A DNA stretch of 63,682 nt, filler included, from Asterionella formosa (taxonomy: Eukaryota), in assembly GCA_002256025.1 (NCBI GenBank). It is 10 parts of 10 records of this genome, joined end to end, with 100 filler letters (N's around TTAATTAATTAA, not from the genome) between each part and the next. Parts side by side here need not be neighbours in the genome. Positions count along the whole stretch, not along the records: positions 45,415 to 63,682 come from NKIB01004117.1; 9 more parts are not named here. One strand, given 5' to 3'. Below the pieces are notes generated by a model. It did not search any database. It saw only the letters and a list, made by a program, of their open reading frames with translations, and was not told the origin of the DNA. The number at the start of each line of letters is the position of its first letter. The first letter of the stretch is position 1. This document shows positions 62,331 to 63,682 of this stretch, in pieces. Made by a program: the position numbers and the translations under genes.

Positions 62331-62938
62331 CCCCGCCCGTTTGGCATTCTACCATTGCTTCCCCTCAATCAATACTAGTATAGCTTATGAAAACCGTAAT
62401 TAGATGAAATGTGACTTCTGCTTTCTATTATTTTACATTGTTGCACTACTGAAACTTGAATCCATAAATGGGCATTCAACTTGTGCTTCTTGCAATTTTG
62501 CAGTATAGACTGACTGGTGGTCGATAGGCCAAAGTGTCTGGCATTTTATGAACATCTACAAGGTTCTAGTGCTTTTGTCGAGGTTTGTGTCTAAATCCAA
62601 CTGCTACCATCCATTGAAACATTCCAGATACATCAAAGAATACGCTCCTGTCTTCAAAGGTAAGGAACTAGTACAATGACAAAGGAAATCTGATCAGACA
62701 TGAAAATTACGAAACCAGAATTACTCTGTTACTATAAATAGATAGTCTGATGCTTCTTTGTGAATATCGCCTGCTAGTATGCTGTGTTTCAATCTTAATA
62801 CAGACATATTAATAGTTTTTGTGAAATTTAATATGACCCTGTCATATATGTATGAACTGCTTGGACCAGTATAACGGGGTCATCTTACATTTCGTCCTAA
62901 AAAACCAAAATATTTATGGTATTGAGATTTATGGTATT

Positions 62939-62967
62939 GAGGAGTGAGGAGTGAGGAGTGAGGAGTG
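62939..62967 (+). repeat. (GAGGAGT)4 microsatellite next to MITE copy 3 (62980-63088)
   Basis: Read directly from the sequence. Confidence 0.9.
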
Positions 62968-63549
62968 CGTGAGTACCGGCAAGTTGCGGTCATGGCGCTT
63001 GAAATAAAACTTTAGCTTTTCTTATCCATATCAAATTTTCTATTTAGGCGAAATGATATAATTGTTTATTTAAGCAAAATGACCACAATGAAGTTGCAAG
63101 GTATATATCATTGATCTGTAGCAGTAATCCTTTAAGCGGAAATTAATGTGTTTAGTGTGCGGGCTGACCCGGTTTAATTCGTTTTTTAACTCTGTGATGA
63201 CCATGTGATTGATATGTACAATCATTACCGGTAGTTAGTATAAGGGGAATTTATAGGGAGTACTCTGAATTCTCCATAAACTTAATAATTGTTATACTAC
63301 CGGTAGGCTACATGGGCCACCTCGGGTACTCTGAGCATGAATCCAGTCATTTGCTTGTACTCGCATTTGATATCAGTAATTCTCCTTCAATTCGTATACC
63401 GGTATTTTCCTAAAATGCTTACATGTGCGTCAATATTCTCCGCAGAAAAACTAAAAACCTTGATTATATGCATTGCACATGAAAAATATCAGCAAATTGG
63501 AAAACTCGGTTAACGAAAAGTAGTCTTGCCATTTGAGAATTATGACCCT

Positions 63550-63682
63550 CATCTAAGACGCGAAATACGCCACTTTTCGAAATTTCGTCTACGTATGAGT
63601 GTTAATTATGTGGTACTTCACATGCATTAATGCCACTCTTCACGTAAAAAAGATTACTTTTAACTGTTTCATGTGAAGTTTT
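63550..63682 (+). mobile_element. Left end of a second copy of the CATCT-terminated TIR element
   Basis: Matches 25358-25490. Similarity starts at CATCTAAG. Confidence 0.9.

Overview
This window is not one locus. It is 10 unrelated contigs joined by nine identical 100-nt spacers (44 N + TTAATTAATTAA + 44 N) starting at 1138, 2374, 20751, 21987, 23232, 24467, 42845, 44080 and 45315, so nothing can be inferred from adjacency across spacers. Nine contigs look like a repeat-rich diatom nuclear genome: signal peptide + ASAF-type plastid targeting motifs, short GT-AG introns, diatom-type Copia elements, and degenerate Plavaka-, pogo-, Tc1- and LINE-like elements. Host genes include RFC3, an MDR/VAT-1-like oxidoreductase, a TylF-family methyltransferase, a membrane protein with seven SdrD-B-like repeats, a STAND ATPase fragment and a STRA6-like membrane protein. 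One contig (23332-24466) is a GC-rich bacterial fragment with a serpin and a secreted DUF4384-like protein. The best leads are: (1) a rod-like fold-back at 23108-23231 whose helices are separated about every 16 nt by in-register CGAG/CGAG tandem G.A motifs, with G.U wobbles favouring the minus strand; (2) a clustered tRNA-derived SINE family with two B boxes; (3) the STRA6/RBP-receptor-like protein; (4) a fully open 495-bp/165-aa coding tandem array; (5) a TA-flanked TIR element with its probable empty site in another contig. All family calls come from motif recognition by eye, not from database searches.
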